From Blastocladiella emersonii ATCC 22665 (lineage: Eukaryota; Fungi; Blastocladiomycota), in contig JANHCV010000014.1 of the NCBI GenBank assembly GCA_025594325.1, positions 310,001 to 374,000 of the forward strand: a DNA stretch of 64,000 nt, written 5' to 3'. The stretch's first letter is position 1. Each line of letters starts with the position of its first letter. The notes beneath the pieces are model-generated. The model was not told the DNA's origin. It ran no database searches and worked only from the letters and a program-made list of their open reading frames with translations. The position numbers and the translations under genes were made by a program. Positions 1 to 11,700 of this stretch are shown here, piece after piece.

Positions 1-1
1 G

Positions 2-490
2 GTGCACGTGTGGATGGCCATGGTGCGTCTGCGCGGCGAGGGTCCCGCGGGCAAGGACGCGATCCAGGGGCTGGTGAGCCACCTGTTCCGCGACATGGAG
101 GACCGGCTGTGGGCCATGGGCATCCGCAAGAACGCGATCGTCGACCGCTCGCTCAAGGAGTTCCTGTCCATCTTCTACGGCGGCATCATGTCGTACGACG
201 AGGCCCTGGTGCACTCGGACGCCCTGCTGGCCTCGGCCCTGTGGCGCAACCTGTTCCAGTCGCAGGCCGACCCGCAGCACCTCGCCGAGTTTGTCGCCGT
301 CGTCCGCAAGGAGCTCGCGCATCTCGAGACGGTCGACGCCGAGACCGTGCTCGCTGGCCGGTTCCACTTCCTCAACGAGGCCACCGCCGCCCCCGCGTCG
401 TCGTCGGTCGCGTCGGGCACGATCGACGACTCGAAGCCGCTCTCGCCCGACGAGATGCGCGCCCTGCAGCAGCACCTCGGCGGCCTCTAA
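2..490 (+). CDS. CBP3: Ubiquinol-cytochrome c chaperone Cbp3/UQCC1, 5'-partial
   Basis: Translation VHVWMAMVRLR...LFRDMEDRL...FYGGIMSYDEALVHSDALLASALWRNLF matches the Cbp3 C-terminal pattern; stop TAA at 488-490; start lies outside the window. Confidence 0.85.
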   Translation: MHVWMAMVRLRGEGPAGKDAIQGLVSHLFRDMEDRLWAMGIRKNAIVDRSLKEFLSIFYGGIMSYDEALVHSDALLASALWRNLFQSQADPQHLAEFVAVVRKELAHLETVDAETVLAGRFHFLNEATAAPASSSVASGTIDDSKPLSPDEMRALQQHLGGL

Positions 491-773
491 GGTTTTGTGC
501 GATGTCGGCCGTCCGGCCCGAGCTCTCTCCTTCAGTCCCGAGTATTTTCTAGATATATTTCTCATGTCCCTGTTTGACCTACCTGCCGAGTGAGCGAGCC
601 GAGCCATCCCGCCCCACACACGCTCAGGGGGCCGCGGCTCGGACTTGGCCGTCGCGCGGATTCACCTCGTCCGACCCCCTCCCTCTCCAACTCCCGCACC
701 ACCCCAACGCCAACCCATGAATCTTGCCCGCTAGTCGCTGCAACGTCATCGCCGTGCACGCACACGCTACACC

Positions 774-3700
774 ATGACGATCCCGGGCCCGCCGCCGCCA
801 GCACCACCACCTTTGTCGTCGTCCGCCCCACCACCCATGGGCACCCAGCTGCTGTCCCAGTCGCAACCCGATGTCTCGGCGAGCCAGCCCGCCAGCACCG
901 CCGCCGCGCCGCGCCCGCTCGCGCAGCCCGCCAAGTACGTGCCCGACAGCCGGCACACGGCGCTGTACGGCATGTTCGGCGCGCGCGGGTGGATCGAGAA
1001 GCGCCAGCGGCTGGTCATCACGCAGATGGTGCTGCGCGACTTCAAGTCGTACGCGGGCGTGCAGACCATTGGGCCGTTCCACAAGGTGCGTCGCGTCCCC
1101 GCTTCCCGCGCACCCACGCCCGCTCACACTCCCCACCCAACGTAGTCCTTCACCGCGATCGTTGGCCCGAACGGTTCGGGGAAATCGAATGTCATCGACG
1201 CGCTGCTGTTCGTGTTCGGGTACCGCGCGTCCAAGATGCGCCAGTCCAAGATCGGCCACCTGATCCACAAGTCCGAGGCGTTCCCGGACCTGCCGCAGTG
1301 TTCGGTCGAGATCCACTTCCAGGAGATTCTCGAGGAGGGCGGCGACACCACGCCCGTGCCCGGTACGCAGCTGGTCGTGTCGCGGTCGGCCACGCGCAAC
1401 CACCAGTCGCGCTACTTTCTCGACGGCACCCCGAGCACCTACGCCGAGATCACCTCGCTGCTCAAGGGCAAGGGCATCGACCTCGACCACAACCGGTTCC
1501 TGATCCTGCAGGGCGAGGTCGAGTCGATTGCGCAGATGAAGGCCAAGGCCGCCACCGAGCACGACGAAGGTCTGCTCGAGTACCTCGAGGACATTATCGG
1601 CACCTCGCAGTTCAAGGAGCCCATCGAGACGGCCACCCGCGAGCTCGAGGTCCTCCAGGAACGCCGCAACGAGAAACTCGCGCGCGTGCGGCTCATCGAG
1701 CACGAGCTCACGCGGCTCGAGGACGGCAAGGCCGCCGCCGAGGCGTACCTGGGCAAGGAGAACCGCCTGCGCCAGTACCAGGGCAAGCTGTACCGCCACC
1801 ACCGCAAGCGCCACGCCAATTCGTTGGACGTCGCCCGCCAGGCCGTCGCCGAAGCGCGCCGCCGCATTGAGAAGCTCGACGCCGAGCACAACGCACCCGA
1901 GCAGCAGACCCGCAAGGCCGGCCTCGAGCGCGCGGTCCAGGCCGCGACCCAAGCCCTCGCTGCGGCCCGCAAACGCGTCGACCCGCTCGCCGCCGAGCTC
2001 GCGCGGCTCAACAACGAGGACGTCAAGCAGCGCGAGCTCAAGAAATCCGCCGTGACCAAGCTCAAGAAGCTCGCCAAGACCCACGACAAGGCGCGGCGCG
2101 ACGAGGCGACGCACGCCGCGGCCATGGCCGACCTCGACGACGACGCGGCGCGCCTCGAGACCGAGCTCGCCGACCTCGCCGCGCAGCTCGAATCTGCGCA
2201 AACCAAGCTCGACGAGATGCAGATCGACGTGCGGTTCCTCACCAAGGACCTGCAGGCCGAGCTCGACGCGCTCCACGCCGAGCTCCGCCCCTGGACCACC
2301 CAGGTCCGCCAGAAGGAGCAGGCCGTCGCCGCGCTCCACGCCGAGCGCGCACGCGTCACCGACACGATCGCCCGCGCGACCGCCGCGCATGCCCGGATCG
2401 AGAAGCAGGTCGGCGTGCTCGACGCGCAGCAGGCCGAGCTCACGGAGCGCGCGGGGACCGCCGCTGCCGAGCACGAGCGGGCCGCCGCGGCGCTCGCCGA
2501 GCTGCGTAACCGCGGGACCGCGCTCGCCGCCGACCTCCAGACCGCGCGCGGCGACGCGCACGAGGCGACGGTCAAGGCCGAGGACGCGCGGCGCCAGCTG
2601 GCCTCGACGCGCGACCGCGGGACCGTCCTGGCCGCGCTCCGCGAGCAGCGCGCCGCGCGGTGGCCCGGGCTGCGCGACCGGCTCGGCAACCTGGGCACGG
2701 TGCCCGGGAAATTTGACGTGGCCGTCTCGACGGCGGTCGGGAATCTTGACCACATTGTCGTCGATACCGTCGCGACGGCGCAGAAGTGTCTCGATTTTTT
2801 GCGTACCGAGCGGCTCGGGCGCGCGAACCTCATCTGCCTCGACAAGCTGCCGCGGTACGACATCCAGCCGCTGCAGACGCCCGAGGGCGTGCCGCGGCTG
2901 TTCGACCTCGTCGTGGTGCGCGGCAACGACGAGGCGCTGCGCCAGGCCTTCTACCACGCGATGCGCGACACGCTCGTCGCGGCGGACCTCGACCAGGCCA
3001 ACCGCATCGCCTTCAACGGGAAACGCCGGTGGCGCGTCGTCACGCTCGACGGCCAGCTCATCGATACGTCGGGGACCATGTCCGGCGGCGGGAACCACGT
3101 CAGCCGCGGCCGCATGAAACTGAGCGGCGCGAGCGCGGGGGACGCGATGGCCGTCGACGAGCCCGAGGTCACCCAGGACATGGTCCGCGAGCTCGACGCG
3201 CTGCGCACCGCCGCGCAGGCGCGCGCCGCGGAGCTCAAGCGCCAGCTCGACGCCGTCGAGGCCGAGGCGGACGCGCTCGCGCGGACCGCCGCGCAGGCCG
3301 AGACGGACGCCGCCAAGGCCCGCGTCGCGCTCGCTGACGTCAACAAGCAGCTCGACGCCGCGCGCACCGAGCTCGCGGCGCTGGTTCCGTCAGAGGGGAA
3401 GAAGAAGAGCAAGCGCTCCAAGGAGACGGCGGCGGCGAACCCGATCGACGCGGCGCACGCGCGCGCAGCGGCCATCGAAACGGAGCTGGCGGCGCTCGAG
3501 ACGGACCTCGCTGCCGTGCGCGAGCACGCGTCGGTCGTCGAGGCCAAGGTCGCCGCGCAGCAGGCCAAGATCGACGAGGCGGGCGGCGTCGAGTACAAGG
3601 TGCTCAAGTCGCGCGTCGCGGACCTGACGAAGCGCGCCGAGATGGCGACGCGCGCCGCCGCCAAGGCCCGCGTCCAGCGCAACCAGGCTGAGAAGCAGCT

Positions 3701-5234
3701 GGCCGCCGCGCGCGCGATCCTCGCCACCGCGCATACCGAGCAGGCGGCGCTCGAGGCGACCGTCGCGCAGATCTCGGGCGTCATGGACGCGCTCACGGTG
3801 CAGGCGCTCGATGTCTCGACGGCGCTCGAGACCGTGCAGGCCGAGACCGAGGACGCCGAGGATAAGCTCAAGGAGGTGAGCGCCGACCTGCGCGAGTTCG
3901 AGGACGCGAATGCGCGGTACCTCCGCGAGCGCGCCGAGGCGGTCGCGGTCGTCGACGATTTCACGGCCAAGGCGAACGCCGCCGAGGGCCAGGTCGCCGC
4001 GTGGGCCGCGAAACTGCGCGAGCTCAAGGAGGCCGCCGCCGCGACGCGACGCACGCTCACGCTCCCGCGGAACGTGACCGCGACGCTCCTCGCGGCGGCG
4101 GCCGCGCGCGCCAAGGCCAAGGCGCAGGCGGACGCCGCCGCGGCGGGCAAGGGCGAGTCGGTCGCGGTGGTCGACGACAGCGAGGCCGAGGAGGGTGCCG
4201 CGGGCGCGGCGGCGGCAGCGGTCACGTCTGTCCTCGGGACGCCGCCCAACGGCGGCAACGGCGCGGGCGACGACCCGAACGCGATCCCCGTCGTCGTCGC
4301 GGCGGACGTGTTTGACGGTGACGGCGACGACGACGCGGACGACAACAACGACGGTCCGATCGACGTGCCGTCGCTCGAGCGCGAGATCAAGCAGCTCGCG
4401 TCCGAGCTCGCCGGGACGCAGGCGAATCTCGGCGCCCTCGTCGAGTACCGGATGCGCGAGCTCGAGCTCGGGACGCGCGCGCACGATCTGGCGGCGACCG
4501 AGGAGGCGCGCGACGCGCAGAAGCGCGCGACGGATGCGCTCAAGCGCACGCGGTTCTCGACGTTCATGGCCGGGTTCGCCGAGATTACGTCGCGGCTCAA
4601 GGACATGTACGCGCTGATCACGGCGGGCGGGAACGCCGAGCTCGAGCTCGTTGACTCCATGGACCCGTTCGCCGAGGGCATCGTGTTCTCGGTCATGCCG
4701 CCCCGAAAGTCGTGGAAGCAGATCGCGAACCTGTCGGGCGGCGAGCGCACGCTGGCCTCGCTCGCGCTCGTCTTCGCCCTGCACGCGTACCGCCCGACGC
4801 CCCTGTACGTGCTGGACGAGATTGACGCCGCGCTCGACTTCCGCAACGTCTCGATCATCGCCAACTACGTCCGCGAGCAGTCGACGGGACCGCACGCCGC
4901 CCAGTTCATCATCATCTCGCTCCGACACAACATGTTCGAGCTCGCCGACCGACTCGTCGGGATCTACAAGACCAACAACTGCACCAAGGCCATCACCATC
5001 AACCCGTCCGAGGTCGCTGAGCGGCTCGGGATCCAGCCCGAGGCCAATGCGCCGGGCGCGTCGGGGGTCGGGATCCCGCAGCCGTCGCAGCAGCAGCCGC
5101 GGCCCGTCGTCGCGTCGCAGGGGCAGCAACCGCGGCCGCCAGCTCGGCCCCAGCCGCAGCCGCAGGCGTCGCAGCAGCCGTCGCAGCAGCACCAGGTCGA
5201 CGCGGATGGCGACACACAGATGGCCGAGGCCTGA
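774..5234 (+). CDS. SMC4: Condensin subunit SMC4; join(774..1085,1146..5234)
   Basis: LRDFKSYAG..IGPFHK | SFTAIVGPNGSGKSNVIDA Walker A, joined across a 60-nt GT..AG intron; hinge (GRLGNLG-like, VTLDGQLIDTSGTMSGGG); C-terminal LSGGERTL signature and PLYVLDEIDAALD Walker B. Confidence 0.95.
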
Positions 5235-5325
5235 TCCCGCTCCACTCGCTCACTCCCACCACACTTTTTGCTCGCATCGCATCGATTTCAATCAATACAC
5301 CCAGTCTCCCTCTCCTTCCACCACC

Positions 5326-7407
5326 TCACACGGCCGGCTGCACCATACCCGTGACATACCGCTCGATCGTCTCCTCGTTCATCAACACGCGGGCCTTGGC
5401 CTGCGCGATGCGTTCGAGCTCGAGCGTGATCGCCGCGTCCAGCTTCGCCATCTCGTCGAGCAACGGGCGCACCTGGCTCTCCGTCGCCTCGCGCTCCTTG
5501 GCCAGCACGCCGCGCGACTTTGCCGCGTCGGCGCGCCAGAACGCGAGCTCTTTCCCCATCGCGTCCATGTCCTCGTGGATGTAGTCGAGCGTGCGGCCCA
5601 GCGGGTGCGCTGCGCGCGTCACGGCCTGGATGCGTGACTGGAGGGCTTCGGCGTCGCGCGCGGCCGCGGCGGTGACCGTGGTCGCGGTGCCGGGGCGCGG
5701 GCCGCCGAGGGAGGACGAGGGGCGGTCGGCGGAGGCGCGCTTGCTCTCCAGCAGCTTGCGCACGAGCCCACCGTGCGGCTGCGCTGGGTCGAGCGCCGCG
5801 GCGGCCGCGGACGCGGTGAAATTGGCGGTGGAGTCGAGCGCGGCCGCGGACTCGTCTTCTTGCACGACGAACATCTCGTCGTCGTCGCCGGTGGCCGCCG
5901 CGAGTCCACCACCTCCCACGACTGCGGCGGGCGCAGCGGGCGCGTCCTCGCTGATCACATTCACCCCACCACCTACACCCGCCGCACCAGCAACCGTAGC
6001 GGCCGGCCCCGTTACCGTCGCATCGTCCCCGATCCCGCCCTCACCCAGCGGCCGCGCGCGCGGCGGCGCCTTCCGCGCAGTCGTCGGCCGCTCGCGCCGC
6101 TGCACGGGGACCGGGCGCGTCAGCGCGGTGTCGGACCCGAGGTGGTCGGCCGACTCGTGCGCGTCGTCGACGGGGGGCGACGTGTCTTCGGGCGCGGCGG
6201 AGACGGGGGTCGCGGGTTCGGGGGCGGGGGTAGGGGCGGGAGGGGCGGCGGGGGCGGCCATCATGACGGGCGGCTCGGTCGCGGCCGCGGCAGGTTCGGG
6301 TTGCGAGGGGAGCAGGGCAGGGTCGGCGGCAGCAGGTGCAGGAGGGGTCGGCGGGGCGGGCGCGGGGGCCGACATGACGAGCGTGGTCTCAGCGGGCGCT
6401 GGCGCGGCGACGGGGGCCAGCGCTGCAGGTGCGGGGTCGGCGTGCTTCGACTTGCTCGAGCTCGACGACAGCTTCTCCTTGGACCCGGACAGCTTCTCCT
6501 TGGACGCGGCGAGCTTCTCGCGGCTGCCCGATGTCGACGACTTGGCGGGGGCGGCGGAAGGCTTGCGCGGCGAGGTCGACGAGGAGGAAGCGAGTTTGGT
6601 CGACGAGCCCGTCTTCTCCTTGTCCTTGTCCTTTTTCGGCAGCGCGCTGGCGGTGGTGCGCGATGACGAGGACGAGGACTTTTTGTCCTTGCTGGCGGCG
6701 GGGTCCTTGGACGAGGAGGAGGATTTCGAGGTGCTGGTCGGCGGCGACTTGGACGGGCTCTTCGAGGACGACACGGCGGCGGCGGGCTTGGCAGGCGCTG
6801 CTGGTTCGGGCGCTGCTGGCGCTGGCGTAGGCGCAGCGGCCGGCGCGGGTGCGGGAGCAGGCTCAGGTCCAGCAGCGGCAGGTGCGGGTGCCGCTGCCCG
6901 CGGTGGTGGCGAGCCGCCGAGGCTGACGACCATGGCGTCCGAGTCGATCTAGACGCGGCATCGCGCGGGTGAGTCGAGCGAGCGACCCGCCGTGTAGCCG
7001 CGAGAGAGCGTACCGCAGCACATGTCGCGAGGGCCTGCAGCCACGCGTTGGTGGCCTCGGGCTCGAGCCCCGCGACGATCTTGGCGGGTTTCGCGGCGAC
7101 GGGCTGGCCCGTGGCGAGCTCTACACACTCGTAAACCGGTCAGCCGTCCACCCCACGCGCGAGAGCATCGCAGCGTACCGGTCAGCTTGATGATCTTGGC
7201 GAGCCATGCGATCTTGGCGTCCTTTTCCTTGACGGCGGCCGAGTCGGTCTCTTCGCCCGCGAAGAGGCCCGCGCCGAAGCCCGTCTTGGCGACAAACTCG
7301 GACACGAGGTCGTGCAGGAAGCGGAACGGCGGCTTGGCCAGCAGCTTGTCGCTGAGCGGCGTGCGCGCGACGAACGGTTTGAGCGCGGCGATGGTCTTGT
7401 CGGTCAT
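5326..7407 (-). CDS. IFT54: Intraflagellar transport protein IFT54/TRAF3IP1 (MIP-T3), three exons
   Basis: N-terminal LSDKLLAKPPFRFLHDLV and KIVAGLEPEATNAWLQAL motifs, joined across two GTACGC..AG introns; long P/A/S-rich linker; C-terminal coiled coil PLGRTLDYIHEDMDAMGKEL. Confidence 0.9.
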
Positions 7408-7454
7408 CTTTTGCGGGAGTGATACATTGCAGGCAGATAGGCGAGAGGAGAGAA

Positions 7455-7636
7455 ACGCGTCGCGAAACGCGTCGCGAAAGCCGCGCGCGTGGCGCCACGT
7501 GGGGGCGCGGAGTCAGGTGAAGTCACGCGAGCAGTGCGAAACCTGGGTTTTCGCCCCGCGGCCAAGCCGAGCGGCCACACCCGCACTCGCTCAACGCTCT
7601 CCCACACGCTCGCCCCCGAGACCGCCGCACTATAAA
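7455..7636. promoter_or_regulatory. Divergent IFT54/H2B promoter: tandem ACGCGTCGCGAAA (MCB/SCB-E2F-like), GCCACGTG box, TATAAA
   Basis: Two overlapping copies of ACGCGTCGCGAAA at 7455-7479, GCCACGTG at 7494-7501, TATAAA at 7631-7636 upstream of H2B. Function inferred from similarity to known fungal G1/S elements. Confidence 0.45.
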
Positions 7637-7756
7637 GGCAGCGCCCCCCGCCCCATGGAGCCCGCAACGCACCCTCTCTCCCCGACCAAGTGCATCTATC
7701 ATCTCGGACCCGTGCCGTGATTACCACCCGCTCCCAAACACCGAGAACTCGCCGCC

Positions 7757-8449
7757 ATGCCCCCCAAGGACGCTACCGCCACCAAGAAGCCCGCCGGCAA
7801 GGGTACGTCGTCCTGCACGGTCTGACCCGCCCCGCCCCGCCTTGGTCCGGGTCCGAACGCGCCAGTCTGACCGAGTTGGACCGAAATCGAGTCACTTTGG
7901 ACTTCGATGGCGGCCGCCGACTCGGCCGCAACGGGCTGGCTCGGACTTGGGTCACGGCGGGGTCCATCGGGCCCGTTTGCGTCCAAGGCCGGCCTTTTTC
8001 GGACTCGCACGTCCCAAACTGGCCGGTCCTTGAGCGTAGTCGGACCCGACGCACTCATCCGACTCGTTCCGCTGACTCACGTCCTTGTCCCGCACCCCTC
8101 CGTAGCCCCCGTCAAGGCCGCCGCGACCGGCGAGAAGAAGACCGGCAAGCGCAAGGCCGCCCGCAAGGAGACGTTCAACACGTACATCTACAAGGTGCTC
8201 AAGCAGGTGCACCCCGAGACGGGCATCTCCAACAAGGCCATGTCCATCATGAACTCGTTTGTCCAGGACATCTTCGAGCGCATCGCCGAGGAGGCGTCCA
8301 AGCTGTCGGCCTACAACAAGAAGTCGACCATCTCGTCGCGAGAGATCCAGACGGCCGTCCGCCTCCTCCTCCCCGGCGAGCTCGCCAAGCACGCCGTGTC
8401 CGAGGGCACCAAGGCCGTGACCAAGTACACGTCGACGACCAAGCAGTAA
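7757..8449 (+). CDS. HTB: Histone H2B; join(7757..7802,8106..8449)
   Basis: [15 protein letters not shown]|APVKAA...[34 protein letters not shown]...KAVTKYT; 303-nt intron GTACGT..CTGAC..TAG. Confidence 0.96.
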
Positions 8450-8749
8450 GCTTGGCGTTCTTCCCCTCCCGCTCCTCGCGAGTCGTCCCGCCTCGCACCC
8501 TGTACATTTGGTCCTCTCGCCTCCCTCCCTCCCTCCCTCCTATGGTTGTCCTCGATGCAGTCGGTTTCTCGCCCGTGGGGTGTACCCTGTCTCTCAGTTG
8601 TCGCCCGCCCGTGTGAGTCGCTCGTCTCGTCGATGATGGCCGTCCAGTCATAATTTATTTACACTGTTCAAACGAAACCCTGGTCTCCTTCTGAAACGAG
8701 TCGTGAGTTCTCCTACGGGTGTCGTCGGTGATGAGCGTGTGATCGTCAG

Positions 8750-11700
8750 CCTCGAGCGATGGTCCCTAGCAAGATCTCGTTCGTCATGAAGTTCGCGGCG
8801 CGGCCGGTGCAGTCGGTCAGGGAAGTGCCGTCGACGGTGAGCGCCGTGCTCCGGTTCCTGCCCCGCTTCGCATCGCCGTCACCGGCTCGCTGCGCTTCAT
8901 CCCGTTGCGGGCGAACCGCTTCCGCTGAGTCCTGCAAGATGGGCTTGGTGCGTGCCCAGCGCACCCGCGCGTGTGCGCACCAGCGACGACGTCGCGGAGC
9001 TGGCAGAGGCAGTCGTTCGGCGGGCAAGGGACGCGACAAGGGATGGGACCCGTCGCGGCGAGAGCATGCCGTGGCGGCGTCGCGCGGGCGGTTGAGCTGT
9101 CGAATGCTGCAACGAGAGCCGCGCCGACCAGCACGACATGCCAAAGTAGCAAGGTGTGGGCGAGCCAGCGAGGATCTCAAATCGAGCGCGGCGGACGGCC
9201 CCGCGTCGAACACGGTGGACGGCCGCGCCGCGTGAAGGTGAAAATGTGGCCGTGGTCGGCGCGACGACGGGCGAGGATGCCGCGCGACGACGGGCGAGGA
9301 TGCCGCACGCGCACTCATCGACCACGGGCTTGCGACGATGGAGCGGGCCGTGCGAGCATCCTCGCCTTGAAGTTCCGATGAGCGGCAGCGCACATGTATG
9401 CGACACGCCCTGCCGTTCCCGTGCGTGCGAGCGCGAAGCGGCGGCGGCGAGCACGAAGTGGGGATGGGGACGGTTCCACCGTGTGAGCGCGGCGATGTGC
9501 GTCCTGGCCCACGTCCATTGCGAGAGCGCCAGCGCGGGGTGGGACCGGGCGTACCGGTAAGGGTCTGGTGAGCGAGAGGTGATTGCAAGAGCGCGTGCGC
9601 CGCGCTGGTATGCGCAGTCGGCGAAAGTCGTGGAGGGAGAGGCTCGGAGACGCAGGGCGAACGTGAGGTCCGGGAGCTGTTGCCGCGCGGCCGGTCCGAA
9701 CCAAGTCGACGCGACGCTCGCAGGCGACGCGCGTACGCTCTCGGGCGACGGCTGCATCGACGGGTACCACGGCTGGCCGTGGCGAACGTGCGCGGCGGGA
9801 ACTAGCCTAAATGGACACAGTACGCGGGGGCGCACGCTGGGTGAGTATGCCGAACTCGCCAAAGCCGCAGGGCGAGGCGAGAGCGTTCGCGCGGCACCAC
9901 CGCCGCCACGGCGAACGAAGCGACGGGGAAGGTTGGCGTCAAGCGCGCACGCAACGCGCACGCTCCTAAGGGCGCAGCAGTTGCGTTCACGGTAGCACCC
10001 GGCCACCAGCGAGCTGAGCGCGCTCGCGACCGTCAAGGCAGGTCTCCGCGGGCCGCAAGTGCGTGTGGCATGCGACTCGGAGCAGCCAGCCCACTAAGTC
10101 GGCGACGACACCGACTTGCGTGGCCAAGCGAGAGATGAACGGGTACGAATTCGAAGTAGGCAGCGGGAAGCGTCGCTGAGTTGGAGATGTACGGCGCCGC
10201 ATCGGGCTCAAGGCGACCAACTGAGCGAGCCCGCCGTGCGATCCGGCGCTTGCGCGCACGTGGCCGTCGTCGTCCAGTCGGTTTATGGACCAGCAACTGC
10301 TCGCCATGACGCGCCCCGAGCGCGGTTACGCGGCGTGCCGAGGGTGGTGGTCGACGGTCAGCGCCCGCCGAACACGGCTTCGTGCCAGTCCCGCGCGCCA
10401 CGGGAACGGGAACGGTGCCGAGACAGATCCACGCAGAACGCACTCATCAGCACGATGGCCAGCCGGCCAGAAGCTAGCGCGCAGGCTCGCTGTGCCGCGT
10501 GCGAGTGCCGTCAGCGAAGACGGCGCGCGGGAGGACACGCGGGTGGGGGCTCCCCTGATGCACATGGTTCAGCAAGATTCAGAGCCAGCCTGACGCGTTG
10601 CATGGAGCGTTGCTGACAGATCCATGGTTGGGCGAGGCGGAAGGGCCGGGGCCAGGCTCGCATCGCATGTCGGGAGAGCCGGCCGCGCGCACGCCTGCGT
10701 GGGTCGACGCCGCTTCGAAGCTTCGGTTGCGGCGGCGAGCAAGGGACGCGTCGACGGATGCATCACGGCGAAGACATGTCGAGGCGGCGAAGCGCACGCT
10801 GTCGGGCTGCTGGCCGCTGCTGCAGCGGGGGCCGCACCGAGCAGCGTGAGCGCAAGAGGCCAAAGTAGCAAGGCGGGCAAGTCGGACGAGGATGTCGCGT
10901 GGTCCCGGTGTGCGGCCGCGTCGCGTCGAACGTGAAGCGGACCGGCGGCACGATCGGCGGGGACGGACGGGTTCTTGAGCGCCATGCGCGCGAGCTCAGC
11001 TACAGTCGGCTTGCAGCGAAGGATTGCGCCGCGAGGACCAAAGGCTGACTCGTCGCGCCTCAACGAGCGGAGACGCGCGGGGATGGAGCATGCGCGTGCG
11101 GCGCCGCTGCGTGAGAGCGCCGCGGATGACCGGCGGCCATCGGCCGAGCCAAGCCGATGGTCGCGGTCGAGGCGAGCGCGAGGTACACTCTGGTCCGCAG
11201 GCAAGGAAGGAGCGCCCGCGCGAGGAGCGGACGCGGAGGGAACCAGTCCAGCCCTCTGTCCGCGGTAGCGCGCTCTGCGTTCGCGTGTGTAGTCGGCGAA
11301 AGTAGCAACGGGAAGCGAGATATGCATGGCGAGCGGCCGCGACATGCACTGCCGCCGCGTGGTTGGTACGACCTAGGCCGGTCGACACGGCGCTCGCCGG
11401 CGGCACGCACGCGCCCGTGCACATCACTCTCCTGCGCGGGAGCCCTAGTTTCTCGCGTGCCGCACGCCTTCATGGCGATCGCTCGAAGCGCTGGGGGCGC
11501 CCGCGGGCCACGAGTCGGTGTGGCGCGCGTGCCGGAGCAGCCGACCGACGGCACTAAGCGATACCGACTAGCGCGGCTGAGTGGTAGTCGGACGGGCAAG
11601 AGCGCGGTGCGAGTGGTGGTGGAGAAGCTGCGTCGGAAGCGAGCTGCGCTGTGGTAGGTACAATAAGCATGCTCGAGCGGCAGCGCCGAGCGATCCGACG

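Noticed and set aside
624-5192. Very long minus-strand and shifted ORFs (824, 637, 600, 495 aa) overlapping SMC4; similar ones over OPT, CIA1, OYE and the B genes
   Set aside because: Shadow ORFs expected from high-GC3 codon bias on the opposite strand; Arg/Ala-rich with no recognisable motifs.
7803-8105. Intronic snoRNA in H2B
   Set aside because: No RTGATGA C box and no convincing H/ACA architecture; only the foldback is reported.
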